Source: a virus. From it: a stretch of 64,000 nt of DNA. Each line of letters opens with the position of its first letter. Within the stretch, counting starts at the first letter, position 1. This document shows, piece after piece, positions 47,842 through 56,808 of this stretch. Where the stretch lies: the IMG/VR virus record IMGVR_UViG_3300027969_003844, positions 32,001-96,000 of that record; one strand, written 5' to 3'. The notes beneath the pieces were generated by a model. It was not told the DNA's origin. It saw nothing but the letters and a program-made list of their open reading frames with translations, and did not search any database. A program made the translations under genes and the position numbers.

Positions 47842-49131
47842 TTAATTGATTGAATTCCACCAGGTTAATATTTCAGGTCGACCCGCTAATATATTAGTCA
47901 TAGTATACACGTCTTTTCTAATTTGTTCAACCTGTATAATACGGCGTTTGCCCATAATCAAGCCCGATTGCCATTTATCAGGCCATTCTTCAGCAAAAGT
48001 GGGCCTTGCTTTAAGCTGAATTAATATATCTTGTAGTGGACCAGTTACTGTTGGAATTAGTTCATCTAACCAAGGATGCAGTAATTCTTTTGGCAATGCC
48101 AATGGTGACATTACAATATCAGGGGAAAAGCTAAAAATTACTTTTGCCAGTACATCTACATCAAGCTCATTGGATAGTTTCTGAATATTTTGAACTTCAA
48201 ATAAACCTGGCAACGTAAGAGTAAAATCAAGACGGATCTGTTGATGATGTTGGCGAATTGCAACTCCTTGACGGAAATTTTCCAACCACTGGGGATAGTT
48301 AAGACCTGTCCTAATGTATTCGCCAATTTTGCCAGTACCGTCAATGCTTGCACATATTTGCCAGTCACGTAAATTAGGCAAGATATCAGTGTACAAGTTA
48401 ATACCTTTGTAACTGATTCTACTGAGGTTGGTATTGTATCTAGCATACACTGTTGGACCGTCGCCCAGTTCAACGATGCGTTTCATGTAATGCCAATGTT
48501 GCTGGTACATTAATGGTTCGCCACCAACCCAATAGACTTCTTCAACACGATGTTGTTCTACGGCATCCGAAAACTCTTTTTCTACTTGTATACTTTGAAA
48601 GTTTTCAATTTGCTTTTTAACATCAGGGTTCATCCAGGCATTTTTTGGATTGTTCCAATTGATCATATTGTGCTGACGTTGTTCACTTTCTATTGAGCTA
48701 GAAAGCATACCTCCGCACATACGGCATTTGAAATTACATAGGTTACTAAATCGGTAATCCCAACTGATTGGTCTTACAGTGGTAAATCCATCTTTATCTG
48801 TATTGGCAATAACATCATCATACTTGTGACCAAATAGTTGATTAAAATAACTTCGATATACGTCAGTGTTAAGCAATTTATCATTGCATACTTCGCACTC
48901 GGGTAAAGTTTCTCCAGCCATCATTCGGCGACGAACTGAACGCATATGATCGCTGTTCCAGTGCTCTTCTAGTGTAAGAGGAATGTACTTTCCAGTACCA
49001 GGAGCAGTGTCAATGTATTGTTGAAAGTTTTGTGCTGGTTCTCGAGACGCACAACACATCCTGCGTTCGGTTTGCGGACTTAGATAGGTATGCACAAATG
49101 GTGCCATACAAAATGTAGGTGGTTTGATCAT
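47842..49131 (-). CDS. radical SAM enzyme (CxxPF type), outside the main cluster
   Basis: FCMAPF..MCC..CEVC; CNFKCRMC; VGGEPL. Confidence 0.92.
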   Translation of the reverse strand: MIKPPTFCMAPFVHTYLSPQTERRMCCASREPAQNFQQYIDTAPGTGKYIPLTLEEHWNSDHMRSVRRRMMAGETLPECEVCNDKLLNTDVYRSYFNQLFGHKYDDVIANTDKDGFTTVRPISWDYRFSNLCNFKCRMCGGMLSSSIESEQRQHNMINWNNPKNAWMNPDVKKQIENFQSIQVEKEFSDAVEQHRVEEVYWVGGEPLMYQQHWHYMKRIVELGDGPTVYARYNTNLSRISYKGINLYTDILPNLRDWQICASIDGTGKIGEYIRTGLNYPQWLENFRQGVAIRQHHQQIRLDFTLTLPGLFEVQNIQKLSNELDVDVLAKVIFSFSPDIVMSPLALPKELLHPWLDELIPTVTGPLQDILIQLKARPTFAEEWPDKWQSGLIMGKRRIIQVEQIRKDVYTMTNILAGRPEILTWWNSIN

Positions 49132-49145
49132 TCAAATTTCCAACA

Positions 49146-49544
49146 TTAATATAGAACAGGTTCGTCTGTGTGCTCACCTTGCAACACCAACATCATTTCA
49201 TCTTCTAATGTAAAAATCAAATCATTGTGTTCTAGCACGGCCCGTCTCTGTTTATCATCTAACTTAGACCAATTATTAATAGCTTGGTAACTTCCATGTG
49301 CTTCTGTTGGTAAAAATTCGGTGATCCAACCTGATAGGGACTTGAATGAATTAACTGTATTGGCAGAATGACTGCTGCCAATAGCACGATGAAAATCATT
49401 GGCCAGCACTGCTGTAAAACAACTACCAGGATTAAACCCGTAAACAACATAGTTGTACATGGTGTCGGCAAAATCCTTAGGCACATCCCAGCGTTTAAAA
49501 GTTTCTAAGATATTATTACGACTGCATTTTCCAAGACTTAGCAT
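49146..49544 (-). CDS. hypothetical phage protein
   Basis: YGFNPGSCFTAVLANDF; AAGGAG RBS; promoter TTGCAA-N17-TACAAT at 49577-49605. Confidence 0.7.
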   Translation of the reverse strand: MLSLGKCSRNNILETFKRWDVPKDFADTMYNYVVYGFNPGSCFTAVLANDFHRAIGSSHSANTVNSFKSLSGWITEFLPTEAHGSYQAINNWSKLDDKQRRAVLEHNDLIFTLEDEMMLVLQGEHTDEPVLY

Positions 49545-49613
49545 TCTAGCTCCTTAAAAGATTTTCCCAATATATTATTGTACACGAATTGGTAAACTTT
49601 TGCAAGACCTTAC

Positions 49614-50705
49614 TTAAAATGCATCATAGTAGCTGAAGCTCTTTTCTTGAACTTTGCTCAGTACCAGTTGAATACCGTCTGCATTAGCAAAAACAAATTT
49701 ACCACTTTGACTATCAATCTTCTTTAACTCTGATGTAGTAAATTTAATAGTACCCCAATTCCAATCAAACTCGCCGTCCTCATCCTTTTCAGTTTCGTAT
49801 TCTTTGATATGAATACTAACATGTCCTTGCAGTGGGTTACCACTCCATTCTTGACGTTCTAAATCTTCTGTTTTGACTTCTTCACCGTTGCGGATAACTT
49901 TCATAGTGAACTTGTTACCAGAATCAAATTCTGGCTTAACGTTCAGCATACGCAGAGCATCTTCAGGCGCTTCGTCATATCGATTCATCTCTTCAACTGT
50001 GGCTTTCAGCATGTCAAAGTTAAACTGAGCAAACAGGGCCGCAATTTGGCACAACTTTTCAGCGTGATGCAGAAGTGTTGCTTTCAAGTTGTCAGCACAG
50101 TATTCCATGATAAAGTTGGCATCTAGCCCTTTGTAATCCAGCATGTAGAACAAGCGACCGGGTCGATTACGCATGTGTTGGTCAATGCGCCACTTGTCGT
50201 TACAAGTGAGAACAAACAGTTTCTTGCTTGGGAATACGCCATCCAACAAGGTCAAGGCCTTTTCTTGGTCATCGCTGTCGTAGACCTTTTCAAACTCGTC
50301 AAACAAGACCATGCACGGTTGTTCAATCATTTGCATGAATGCATTGAACTTGTCGCCCACCCAAGGAGCGTTGATAACAATGCATGGAATTCCTAATTGC
50401 ACAGCACCTTGAATGGCCAAGTTCTTGGCCAAGAGTGACTTACCAGAACCTTTTTCACCTGCTAGCATAACACCTGTACTTGCGGTACGATCCATAAACG
50501 TATTCAAAATACGATCAGTATTTTTATCCAAGTCGCCGTAACGCCTACCTTTAATCTCAAAGCTTTCAATGTGTTCAAGGTAAAGAGGACCATCCATAGG
50601 CATTTCTTTGACCACGTAGTTGCCTACGGGCAACTTCTCATGAAGATCCATTGCCTCCTTGGTAGACACTCGAAATGTGTTTCCTGATTTTAAAAAATAA
50701 GACAT
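49614..50705 (-). CDS. AAA+ ATPase
   Basis: GEKGSGKS, LFDEFEK, LLDG, NRPGR. Confidence 0.9.
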   Translation of the reverse strand: MSYFLKSGNTFRVSTKEAMDLHEKLPVGNYVVKEMPMDGPLYLEHIESFEIKGRRYGDLDKNTDRILNTFMDRTASTGVMLAGEKGSGKSLLAKNLAIQGAVQLGIPCIVINAPWVGDKFNAFMQMIEQPCMVLFDEFEKVYDSDDQEKALTLLDGVFPSKKLFVLTCNDKWRIDQHMRNRPGRLFYMLDYKGLDANFIMEYCADNLKATLLHHAEKLCQIAALFAQFNFDMLKATVEEMNRYDEAPEDALRMLNVKPEFDSGNKFTMKVIRNGEEVKTEDLERQEWSGNPLQGHVSIHIKEYETEKDEDGEFDWNWGTIKFTTSELKKIDSQSGKFVFANADGIQLVLSKVQEKSFSYYDAF

Positions 50706-50732
50706 TCTCTATTATCCTTTCATTTGCAAATT

Positions 50733-51161
50733 TTAATTTGTAGCTTTTGCAACATCTTTAGTAATTCTTCCAATTTCTTTATAGCCCTGGCGAGTAGGGT
50801 GGACACCGTCTTTGCTTACTTCTGGAATGCGTATAATCCAGTCTTTGTTCTTGTTAGCTATCTCTTCAACAATGGCTTGTATTTCTGGCTTGATTGCAGG
50901 CAGAATCCAAAATACTCTTTTAGCATGAACTGCGGCTCGTATGCGTTCAAGTTCTTGACGTGTCTTGACACCCCGATGGTCATTGGATCCAAGACTAATA
51001 ATAATGCTTTCGGCGACCAAGTTATTGCCCTGATCGCCTTCGAGATTTTGCTTATTCCATTGCCAACTGTTGATACCACCTTTGGCATAGGTCACACACT
51101 CTGGACGAGCCATATGTGTACCTACTGCTATGCTATCCCCTAAAATTAAACAATCAATCAT
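50733..51161 (-). CDS. SGNH/GDSL hydrolase
   Basis: LGDSIAVG, SLGSND, DGVHPT. Confidence 0.85.
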   Translation of the reverse strand: MIDCLILGDSIAVGTHMARPECVTYAKGGINSWQWNKQNLEGDQGNNLVAESIIISLGSNDHRGVKTRQELERIRAAVHAKRVFWILPAIKPEIQAIVEEIANKNKDWIIRIPEVSKDGVHPTRQGYKEIGRITKDVAKATN

Positions 51162-51168
51162 TATGTTC

Positions 51169-51393
51169 CTAATTAGATAACTGCATGATTATGTATTCTT
51201 CATCAGTAACGTGTGCAATGGGTTTAATCCAACCTGCATTAATTGCAGTGGTTAAGATTTTTTTATATTCAGTTGGGCAGTTATTACTAATCTCAAATCC
51301 TGCTCTTGACGCAACCACTAATCCATTGACAATTCTAAAATGCTTCTCACCAGGTCTAATGGCCTTAATACTTGATTGTGCATGTACAAACAT
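51169..51393 (-). CDS. hypothetical protein
   Basis: 74 aa ORF. Confidence 0.6.
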   Translation of the reverse strand: MFVHAQSSIKAIRPGEKHFRIVNGLVVASRAGFEISNNCPTEYKKILTTAINAGWIKPIAHVTDEEYIIMQLSN

Positions 51394-51402
51394 TTTGTAT
51401 TC

Positions 51403-51549
51403 TTAAGCCTTTGAAGCTTCCATCATGTCTTTAATAAATTTGAACAGTTTACGTTGTGTGTCAAACACATAGTCTTTTTCTCCTTCCTCTGACTCTACTG
51501 TTAGTAAAAAGCCATTGGCTACCTTGCGAATTTCCATACGTTCAAACAT
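51403..51549 (-). CDS. small hypothetical protein (48 aa, not in ORF track)
   Basis: MFERMEIRKVANGFLLTV...; GGAG RBS. Confidence 0.6.
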   Translation of the reverse strand: MFERMEIRKVANGFLLTVESEEGEKDYVFDTQRKLFKFIKDMMEASKA

Positions 51550-51588
51550 ATTATTCTCCATTTAAAAATTAATTAACCAGTTTGTTGT

Positions 51589-52905
51589 TTACAACTTCTC
51601 ACCAGGTGCAAATCCTCGAAACCCTTTAAAGCGAGGAAATCTTAGGCTGTATGTGCCATCTTGGTTCTGCGTTATAGCATCAGCACGTACTTCAACAATT
51701 TGACCAATAACACTAGTGCTATCACTCCAAATGCTATCTCTAATGTCATCGCTAAAGCCACTACCAACATTGACGGTGATATCTTTCCCGTCGTCTTGTC
51801 CTGAGCAAACCAATGCTCCAAGTCGTCCCACATTTTTACCTGTCCCTTCTTCAAGATTGGTAACTTCTAACGAAACCTCAATAAAGGGTTTAAGCTTCAA
51901 CCATGCTACACTGCGCTTGCACTCGTAACCAGCCGAAGGATCTTTCAACATAATACCTTCGTATCCACCTGCAATGGCCTGAGCATTGATTTCTCGATAA
52001 CGAGTTTGACCTGCGGCTGTGTCAAGATCAACTAGTTCTTGTCCAACAACTTGAATGTTGGGTGTTTCTTTGGCCCACAAGTCTTTCCATGCCACAAGTT
52101 TTGCACTGCGCTCTGTTTGAGTACGGTTGCTTTTGCCTGCTTCAAAGTCTTTAAGACTTAGAATGTCAAATACATTTAGGACCGCATCCTGTGCTTGTGC
52201 ATCACTTTTACGATGTATCTGCTTCATCAAGTCTTGAAAGCTACCGCTCATGATCTCACCGTCAAGTACCATTGGTTCGGAAAAGCAATGTGCAATCTTT
52301 GCAAGTTGCTCTTTGACATGCGGAAAGTTTACCAGCTCTTTACCGTTACGACTATACTGGTCAACGCGACCACCTGGACGCACCACTGTAATAACTCGGA
52401 CACCATCGAGTTTGACTTCAATGAGCTTTTTACCAATCACTTTAGACTCATGGTTCGCGCTATCGTGAGCAAGCTGACAGCTAAAAACAGGTATAGCATA
52501 TTGCGGGAACTTCTTTTCAGTTACACGATTGACAGTACCTTCGGTAAAGCCAGCTCGCATGTCCTTGGTCAGGATACGCATGTACCAATCATTCCACTCT
52601 GCTTGTGTTGCAACTGCAAGGCAAAGTTCAATTGCTTTCTTTGCGGCGTCACCTGTGAGCCTGCGGGTTGCAAGATCATCTGCAAGTTTTGCAAAGGCTA
52701 CCCAAGGCAACCCTTGACCGTCGGGACCGCTGTGCTTGGGAACCTTCTTGACTCCGAATGTGATCATAGAGTCATAAGCAAGTCGCATGCCTGCAAAGAA
52801 TGTATCGTTACCAGCTTCAGCTTCTGCAAGAACAATAGCTTCTTTATTCAAGCGGCTTGGATGATCTTCTAAACTGCGGATAACTCGATAACATTGTTCA
52901 GACAT
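51589..52905 (-). CDS. ATP-dependent DNA ligase
   Basis: EVKLDGVR, LDGEI, FDIL, YEGIMLK, WLKLK, VGSG, SLRFPRF. Confidence 0.95.
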   Translation of the reverse strand: MSEQCYRVIRSLEDHPSRLNKEAIVLAEAEAGNDTFFAGMRLAYDSMITFGVKKVPKHSGPDGQGLPWVAFAKLADDLATRRLTGDAAKKAIELCLAVATQAEWNDWYMRILTKDMRAGFTEGTVNRVTEKKFPQYAIPVFSCQLAHDSANHESKVIGKKLIEVKLDGVRVITVVRPGGRVDQYSRNGKELVNFPHVKEQLAKIAHCFSEPMVLDGEIMSGSFQDLMKQIHRKSDAQAQDAVLNVFDILSLKDFEAGKSNRTQTERSAKLVAWKDLWAKETPNIQVVGQELVDLDTAAGQTRYREINAQAIAGGYEGIMLKDPSAGYECKRSVAWLKLKPFIEVSLEVTNLEEGTGKNVGRLGALVCSGQDDGKDITVNVGSGFSDDIRDSIWSDSTSVIGQIVEVRADAITQNQDGTYSLRFPRFKGFRGFAPGEKL

Positions 52906-52928
52906 TGCAACTTCCTTAAAAATTTGTT

Positions 52929-52948
52929 GGGGGCCTTAGCCTGCCCCC
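52929..52948 (-). terminator. GC-rich stem-loop
   Basis: GGGGGC-N8-GCCCCC in the intergenic gap. Confidence 0.45.
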
Positions 52949-52962
52949 GGTAGGCGTCACGC

Positions 52963-53253
52963 TTAGGCGGCTTTAGTAACAGGGCCGGTCTTAATAAGAT
53001 CAGCCACTTTGCGCTTTGTACGCTTTGCCAATTCCTCGGCAATTGCCATACCAACGGTACCTGGGATATTCTTGGCATGCAAGAACTCAAGGCCTTCGAT
53101 CTTGGTAACTGGCTTGGGCAAGTCATACAACTGAATGTCAGTATGACCGGTTTTAACTAGGGTCTTGATACGTGTCATGTCTGTAGCAAAACGAGCCTTA
53201 GTTTTACCATCCTTAGTAGAATAGCCTGCAACTGTAAACAACTTATCACTCAT
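52963..53253 (-). CDS. hypothetical basic protein
   Basis: AGGAG RBS; promoter TTGACT-N17-CATAAT at 53328-53356. Confidence 0.75.
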   Translation of the reverse strand: MSDKLFTVAGYSTKDGKTKARFATDMTRIKTLVKTGHTDIQLYDLPKPVTKIEGLEFLHAKNIPGTVGMAIAEELAKRTKRKVADLIKTGPVTKAA

Positions 53254-53361
53254 AGTATATCTCCTGTGTGAGTGTGATAAACAAGAACCGCTTGTTTGAC
53301 GGATATGAACTTTGTGTCCATATTCTTATTATGCATGAAACGGTTTTGAAAGTCAACCATT

Positions 53362-53640
53362 TTATGCAAATTTAACCTGTCCTAATTTGGCCAAAAGAAA
53401 CTGGCCCTTGAAGTCGTCGGGCAATACTGTGGTATCATTTGCATCATTGCCAACAAACTTATAACCCTTATCTCTCTTAGAACGCTCAACCTTGGTAACT
53501 TCATAAACAGAGCTGTACACCTTGAATGCAAGAGTACCTTTGGTCCGTCCCCAAAAACTCAGGGCACCATCATCAGTTTTAATCCAGCCCCAGATCTTGT
53601 CTGACGAATCTTTATTAAAGTGATACAGTGAGAAGTTCAT
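53362..53640 (-). CDS. WGR-like domain protein
   Basis: SSDKIW...FWGRTKG...SKRDKGY. Confidence 0.65.
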   Translation of the reverse strand: MNFSLYHFNKDSSDKIWGWIKTDDGALSFWGRTKGTLAFKVYSSVYEVTKVERSKRDKGYKFVGNDANDTTVLPDDFKGQFLLAKLGQVKFA

Positions 53641-53648
53641 TTACTACC

Positions 53649-53873
53649 TCAGTCTTGATCTTTTGCCGACGATAAAATTCGAATCAACATGTCCACACCA
53701 TCGTTGCTCAATGCAATCAATTGATTGCCAATGGCCAAGGTAACATGTCCATCCAAGGTCTTACCAACCTGGTACACTGGCACAAGATCTGACTCTGTTT
53801 CATTGTTATCGTTGACAGGCTGTAACATTTTACGGTTACTCCGCCAGCGCATACGGCTTATTCCACGAGCCAA
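53649..53873 (-). CDS. hypothetical protein
   Basis: ORF in operon; real start probably MLQPV. Confidence 0.55.
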   Translation of the reverse strand: MARGISRMRWRSNRKMLQPVNDNNETESDLVPVYQVGKTLDGHVTLAIGNQLIALSNDGVDMLIRILSSAKDQD

Positions 53874-54210
53874 TGCTCAGGTGCGTATAAAATGCAGTAT
53901 GAAAATAATCAGTCATTGCGTCCGACTCATTAAAGAAAACCTTACCACCTGCACGTCCTGGAGCATTGTGCATGATCTCGTTGATTTCGCTCAACGCCTT
54001 GCAGTCGTTTTCATCTTTCCAATGGTCTTTGATATAGTACTGATTGACTTGAGCGTTGGTGTTGCCTTCAAATTTAGCATTACCCTGCAGGATGGTAACG
54101 TCAACGCTGAGGCTACCAGCACCCTTACGCACGGAGAATTTCCAATTTGGAAAGCGAACTTTGAGCTCTTCACGGATTGCTTTGACGTCGTTTGCACTAA
54201 TGTAAGCCAT
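53836..54210 (-). CDS. LPD29-like early protein
   Basis: KAIREELKVRFPNWKFSVR...SVDVTI...SDAMTDYF. Confidence 0.6.
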   Translation of the reverse strand: MAYISANDVKAIREELKVRFPNWKFSVRKGAGSLSVDVTILQGNAKFEGNTNAQVNQYYIKDHWKDENDCKALSEINEIMHNAPGRAGGKVFFNESDAMTDYFHTAFYTHLSIGSWNKPYALAE

Positions 54211-54243
54211 GATGTCGAACCTTTCTTAAGTTTCAATATACGT

Positions 54244-54272
54244 ATTATACCGGAATTTGGTTAAGAAGTCAA
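54244..54272 (-). promoter_or_regulatory. early sigma70 promoter
   Basis: AAAACGG-TTGACT-N17-TATAAT. Confidence 0.8.
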
Positions 54273-54363
54273 CCGTTTTACAACTGCTTCTACAATTAAA
54301 TATGCAAGCATGATCCAAATTGGTGCAAGCATAACAGCAAAATTAATCAATGCTTGATTCATA

Positions 54364-54738
54364 TTACACCGCCTTCTTGAAATAACCGTAGGGCAGACCT
54401 ACACAATAGCACAGGTACTCGTCGTCACCATTGCTACCTTCTGCTTCGTGAATCCAACGCAGGGCCATAGCACGATCTGTGGCACCCATTTCCATGATGC
54501 TGGTAACACGAACTTCAAATTTTACAATGGCATTGGCCTCAGCTACCAAACGGTCAGCTTCTTCACGTTGGATCACTGCACCCAGGCTTGCAAACTCATT
54601 TTCAAAGTCTGCCATGGTCCAGCTAGAGGTGTCAATTCCACGTGGACGAACACCGTAGGCATCCTTGTACATGTCCCAGTAGGTGCAAGCGGCTTGCTCA
54701 AGATCTGACATCTCTTCCCAGGTTTTAAATGCTTCCAT
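54364..54738 (-). CDS. hypothetical phage protein
   Basis: YWDMYKDAYGVRPRG; AAGGAG RBS. Confidence 0.75.
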   Translation of the reverse strand: MEAFKTWEEMSDLEQAACTYWDMYKDAYGVRPRGIDTSSWTMADFENEFASLGAVIQREEADRLVAEANAIVKFEVRVTSIMEMGATDRAMALRWIHEAEGSNGDDEYLCYCVGLPYGYFKKAV

Positions 54739-54769
54739 CGTGTGCTCCTTATTGCTTAACATACTATGT

Positions 54770-54846
54770 ATTATAGGCTCAAATGCCCGTTTGGTCAACC
54801 GTTTTTTGGCCTAATTTTGAATTATTTTTGTTGTATTTTTGCAACA
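54770..54846 (-). promoter_or_regulatory. early sigma70 promoter with upstream palindromic box
   Basis: TTGACC-N17-TATAAT; TGTTG-N8-CAACA at 54829-54846. Confidence 0.8.
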
Positions 54847-55014
54847 TTAAGCAAAAAACTTAGTACCTTCTGCTAATACAACCTTATACGCTTCCATGGT
54901 TTTTTGTGTTTGGGCCAGTGGGCTTTTTTGAATAAACTGCATCATTTCCAAAAAGCCCAAACCCAGGAAATCTGCGTCTTTTTGGATCTGCTTGATTGCT
55001 GTAGTAATTTTCAT
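54847..55014 (-). CDS. small hypothetical protein (55 aa, not in ORF track)
   Basis: MKITTAIKQIQKDADFLGLGFLEMM... Confidence 0.6.
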   Translation of the reverse strand: MKITTAIKQIQKDADFLGLGFLEMMQFIQKSPLAQTQKTMEAYKVVLAEGTKFFA

Positions 55015-55026
55015 ATCAACTCTTGA

Positions 55027-55284
55027 TTAAGCAAATTCATAAAATTTAACGGATGGGTCTAACTTTTGTAATTCACGTGCGGCTCGTGTCAATTCATTGT
55101 AACGTGATTGAACCAGGCTACGTGGCAGTTCACCGTCGCAAGTCAAATTCTCAGGACTCAGGTCTGAGTCAATTGAATTAGCAATGCGTTGACGGTCAGT
55201 GGCATTGTCCAAAGTAAGTTCTTTGGCACCAAAGATTGTACCATAAGCGTTTTTGCGAACCAAGTATGTTTTTAATGCTGACAT
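55027..55284 (-). CDS. hypothetical phage protein
   Basis: DLSPENLTCDGEL; AGAGG RBS. Confidence 0.7.
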   Translation of the reverse strand: MSALKTYLVRKNAYGTIFGAKELTLDNATDRQRIANSIDSDLSPENLTCDGELPRSLVQSRYNELTRAARELQKLDPSVKFYEFA

Positions 55285-55314
55285 TTTGAACCTCTTTTTG
55301 CTGAACATGTGTAT

Positions 55315-55395
55315 ATTATAGGTTCAAAAGTCCGTTTGGTCAACCGTTTTTTTGGTATTTTTGTCAAAAAAAGTGTTGTATTTGTACAACACTTT
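55315..55395 (-). promoter_or_regulatory. early sigma70 promoter with extended palindromic box
   Basis: TTGACC-N17-TATAAT; AAAAGTGTTGTA-N4-TACAACACTTTT. Confidence 0.8.
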
Positions 55396-55409
55396 TGATT
55401 TTTATAATA

Positions 55410-55688
55410 TTATTTGCTTAAACGTTCTAACGTAAGAATTTGGGCCAAGGCGTCTGCCAAATCCTCATCAGGGGTAACAACATGCAAGGAATTTATATTG
55501 CGATCATTACGCGAATCGTACTTTTTAACTTGAATGATTTGCCCACCACTTGCATTGGTTACAGAAAAATGAATGGAGTTTTCAGAATTAATATCATTGG
55601 CATCGCGGTCAACATATACTGCCGTGGATGATTCTAAATCATCATCATTGAACAACCAATTTTTAATTTTGTGTTTAATCCATCTCAT
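55410..55688 (-). CDS. hypothetical protein
   Basis: ATG 55688 after AAGGA. Confidence 0.65.
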   Translation of the reverse strand: MRWIKHKIKNWLFNDDDLESSTAVYVDRDANDINSENSIHFSVTNASGGQIIQVKKYDSRNDRNINSLHVVTPDEDLADALAQILTLERLSK

Positions 55689-55689
55689 G

Positions 55690-55956
55690 TTATATCCTTT
55701 GTTGATGAGTTTCTTTTTGCGAGTCTTGTTCAATGACCCAGCAATTCCTGGTGTTGGATACGGCATCGGCCTCATTACCCTGGACAAGGTTGCTCCACTC
55801 ATTGTACTCTGCTTGGTATTGTATCCACCTTGCATAATCTATCCTTACGTCAATATTATAATATTCTAAGTTTAATCCAACTTCTCGAAGCAACAGCACA
55901 TCCATGTTATTGGTTATTTTACTCAAAGCAGGGAACTCTTGTGAATATGGCATCAA
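55690..55956 (-). CDS. hypothetical protein
   Basis: 88 aa, AGGA RBS. Confidence 0.55.
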   Translation of the reverse strand: MMPYSQEFPALSKITNNMDVLLLREVGLNLEYYNIDVRIDYARWIQYQAEYNEWSNLVQGNEADAVSNTRNCWVIEQDSQKETHQQRI

Positions 55957-55983
55957 TTTCCTATTTGTATATTATATGTGCTA

Positions 55984-56205
55984 TCAGTGATAAAGTAAAC
56001 CAATAATGTACACTGTTACACAAAATAAATTCAATGTCCATAGACTTGGTTGTTTCCAAAGTAAACCTACCGCAGTCCACATACAACTACCAAGTAGGAA
56101 CAGTATCTTGTTTAAAGGCACAACGTCAAATGCATTTGCCAATGTTGCTAAAACAATAATTGCTGTAGCAGTCCACTTTAAGTAAAAGTCTAAATTTCGA
56201 GCCAT
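55984..56205 (-). CDS. small membrane protein
   Basis: three hydrophobic segments. Confidence 0.65.
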   Translation of the reverse strand: MARNLDFYLKWTATAIIVLATLANAFDVVPLNKILFLLGSCMWTAVGLLWKQPSLWTLNLFCVTVYIIGLLYH

Positions 56206-56744
56206 GAGTTCCGTGCCTTAGAGTAAAATATGTGACGTCCAATTTGGGTAATCTTTGCATTGGCATCTGCCCAATGTGGATCTTTAATATAGTCAGCATG
56301 ATAAAACAAACTTTTATCTAAGCTTTCTACGCGATAGCCGTGTATAATATCCCAGGCAATACTTTCGCTTTCGGCATACAACGCAGAATTGGGCTTAGGA
56401 AGCTTCTTTTTTAATGTCCAGGAAAATTGTGCTTTAGAATATACCACATCACATATATTCTTACCCCAATATCCGGTCTTCAAACGATTTAAGGTAATGT
56501 GACCAACAGCATATTTGCCAACTCTGTCTTCAACACCTGCTTCGTAATAAATGTTTTTGGCCAAACATTCAAGCTCTTTGTGATCGTATTTTACAGTTTC
56601 AGTTGTCTTGACCACGCGATTCAAGTCTTCAACTTTGTTATTCAGTGACGAAACAGTTTCTTCAATATTTGAAAGCTTGGTTTCGAGCCGAACCATAAAA
56701 ACTATAAATGTGGTACATGCTACTCCTATTAGGAACTTGTTCAT
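56190..56744 (-). CDS. SleB-like cell wall hydrolase (second copy)
   Basis: CLAKNIYYEAG, QFSW, FYHADY, IGRHIFY; promoter TTGACC-N17-TATACT at 56779-56807. Confidence 0.9.
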   Translation of the reverse strand: MNKFLIGVACTTFIVFMVRLETKLSNIEETVSSLNNKVEDLNRVVKTTETVKYDHKELECLAKNIYYEAGVEDRVGKYAVGHITLNRLKTGYWGKNICDVVYSKAQFSWTLKKKLPKPNSALYAESESIAWDIIHGYRVESLDKSLFYHADYIKDPHWADANAKITQIGRHIFYSKARNSWLEI

Positions 56745-56808
56745 TGGTTACCTCCTGGTAATGGTTAACAATGAACATAGTATACCTTATAACAAGTAAA
56801 AGGTCAAC

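Noticed and set aside
10025-55391. TGTTG-N8-CAACA as a LexA SOS box or CRISPR repeat
   Set aside because: Differs from the CTGT-N8-ACAG box, and copies are dispersed rather than arrayed.
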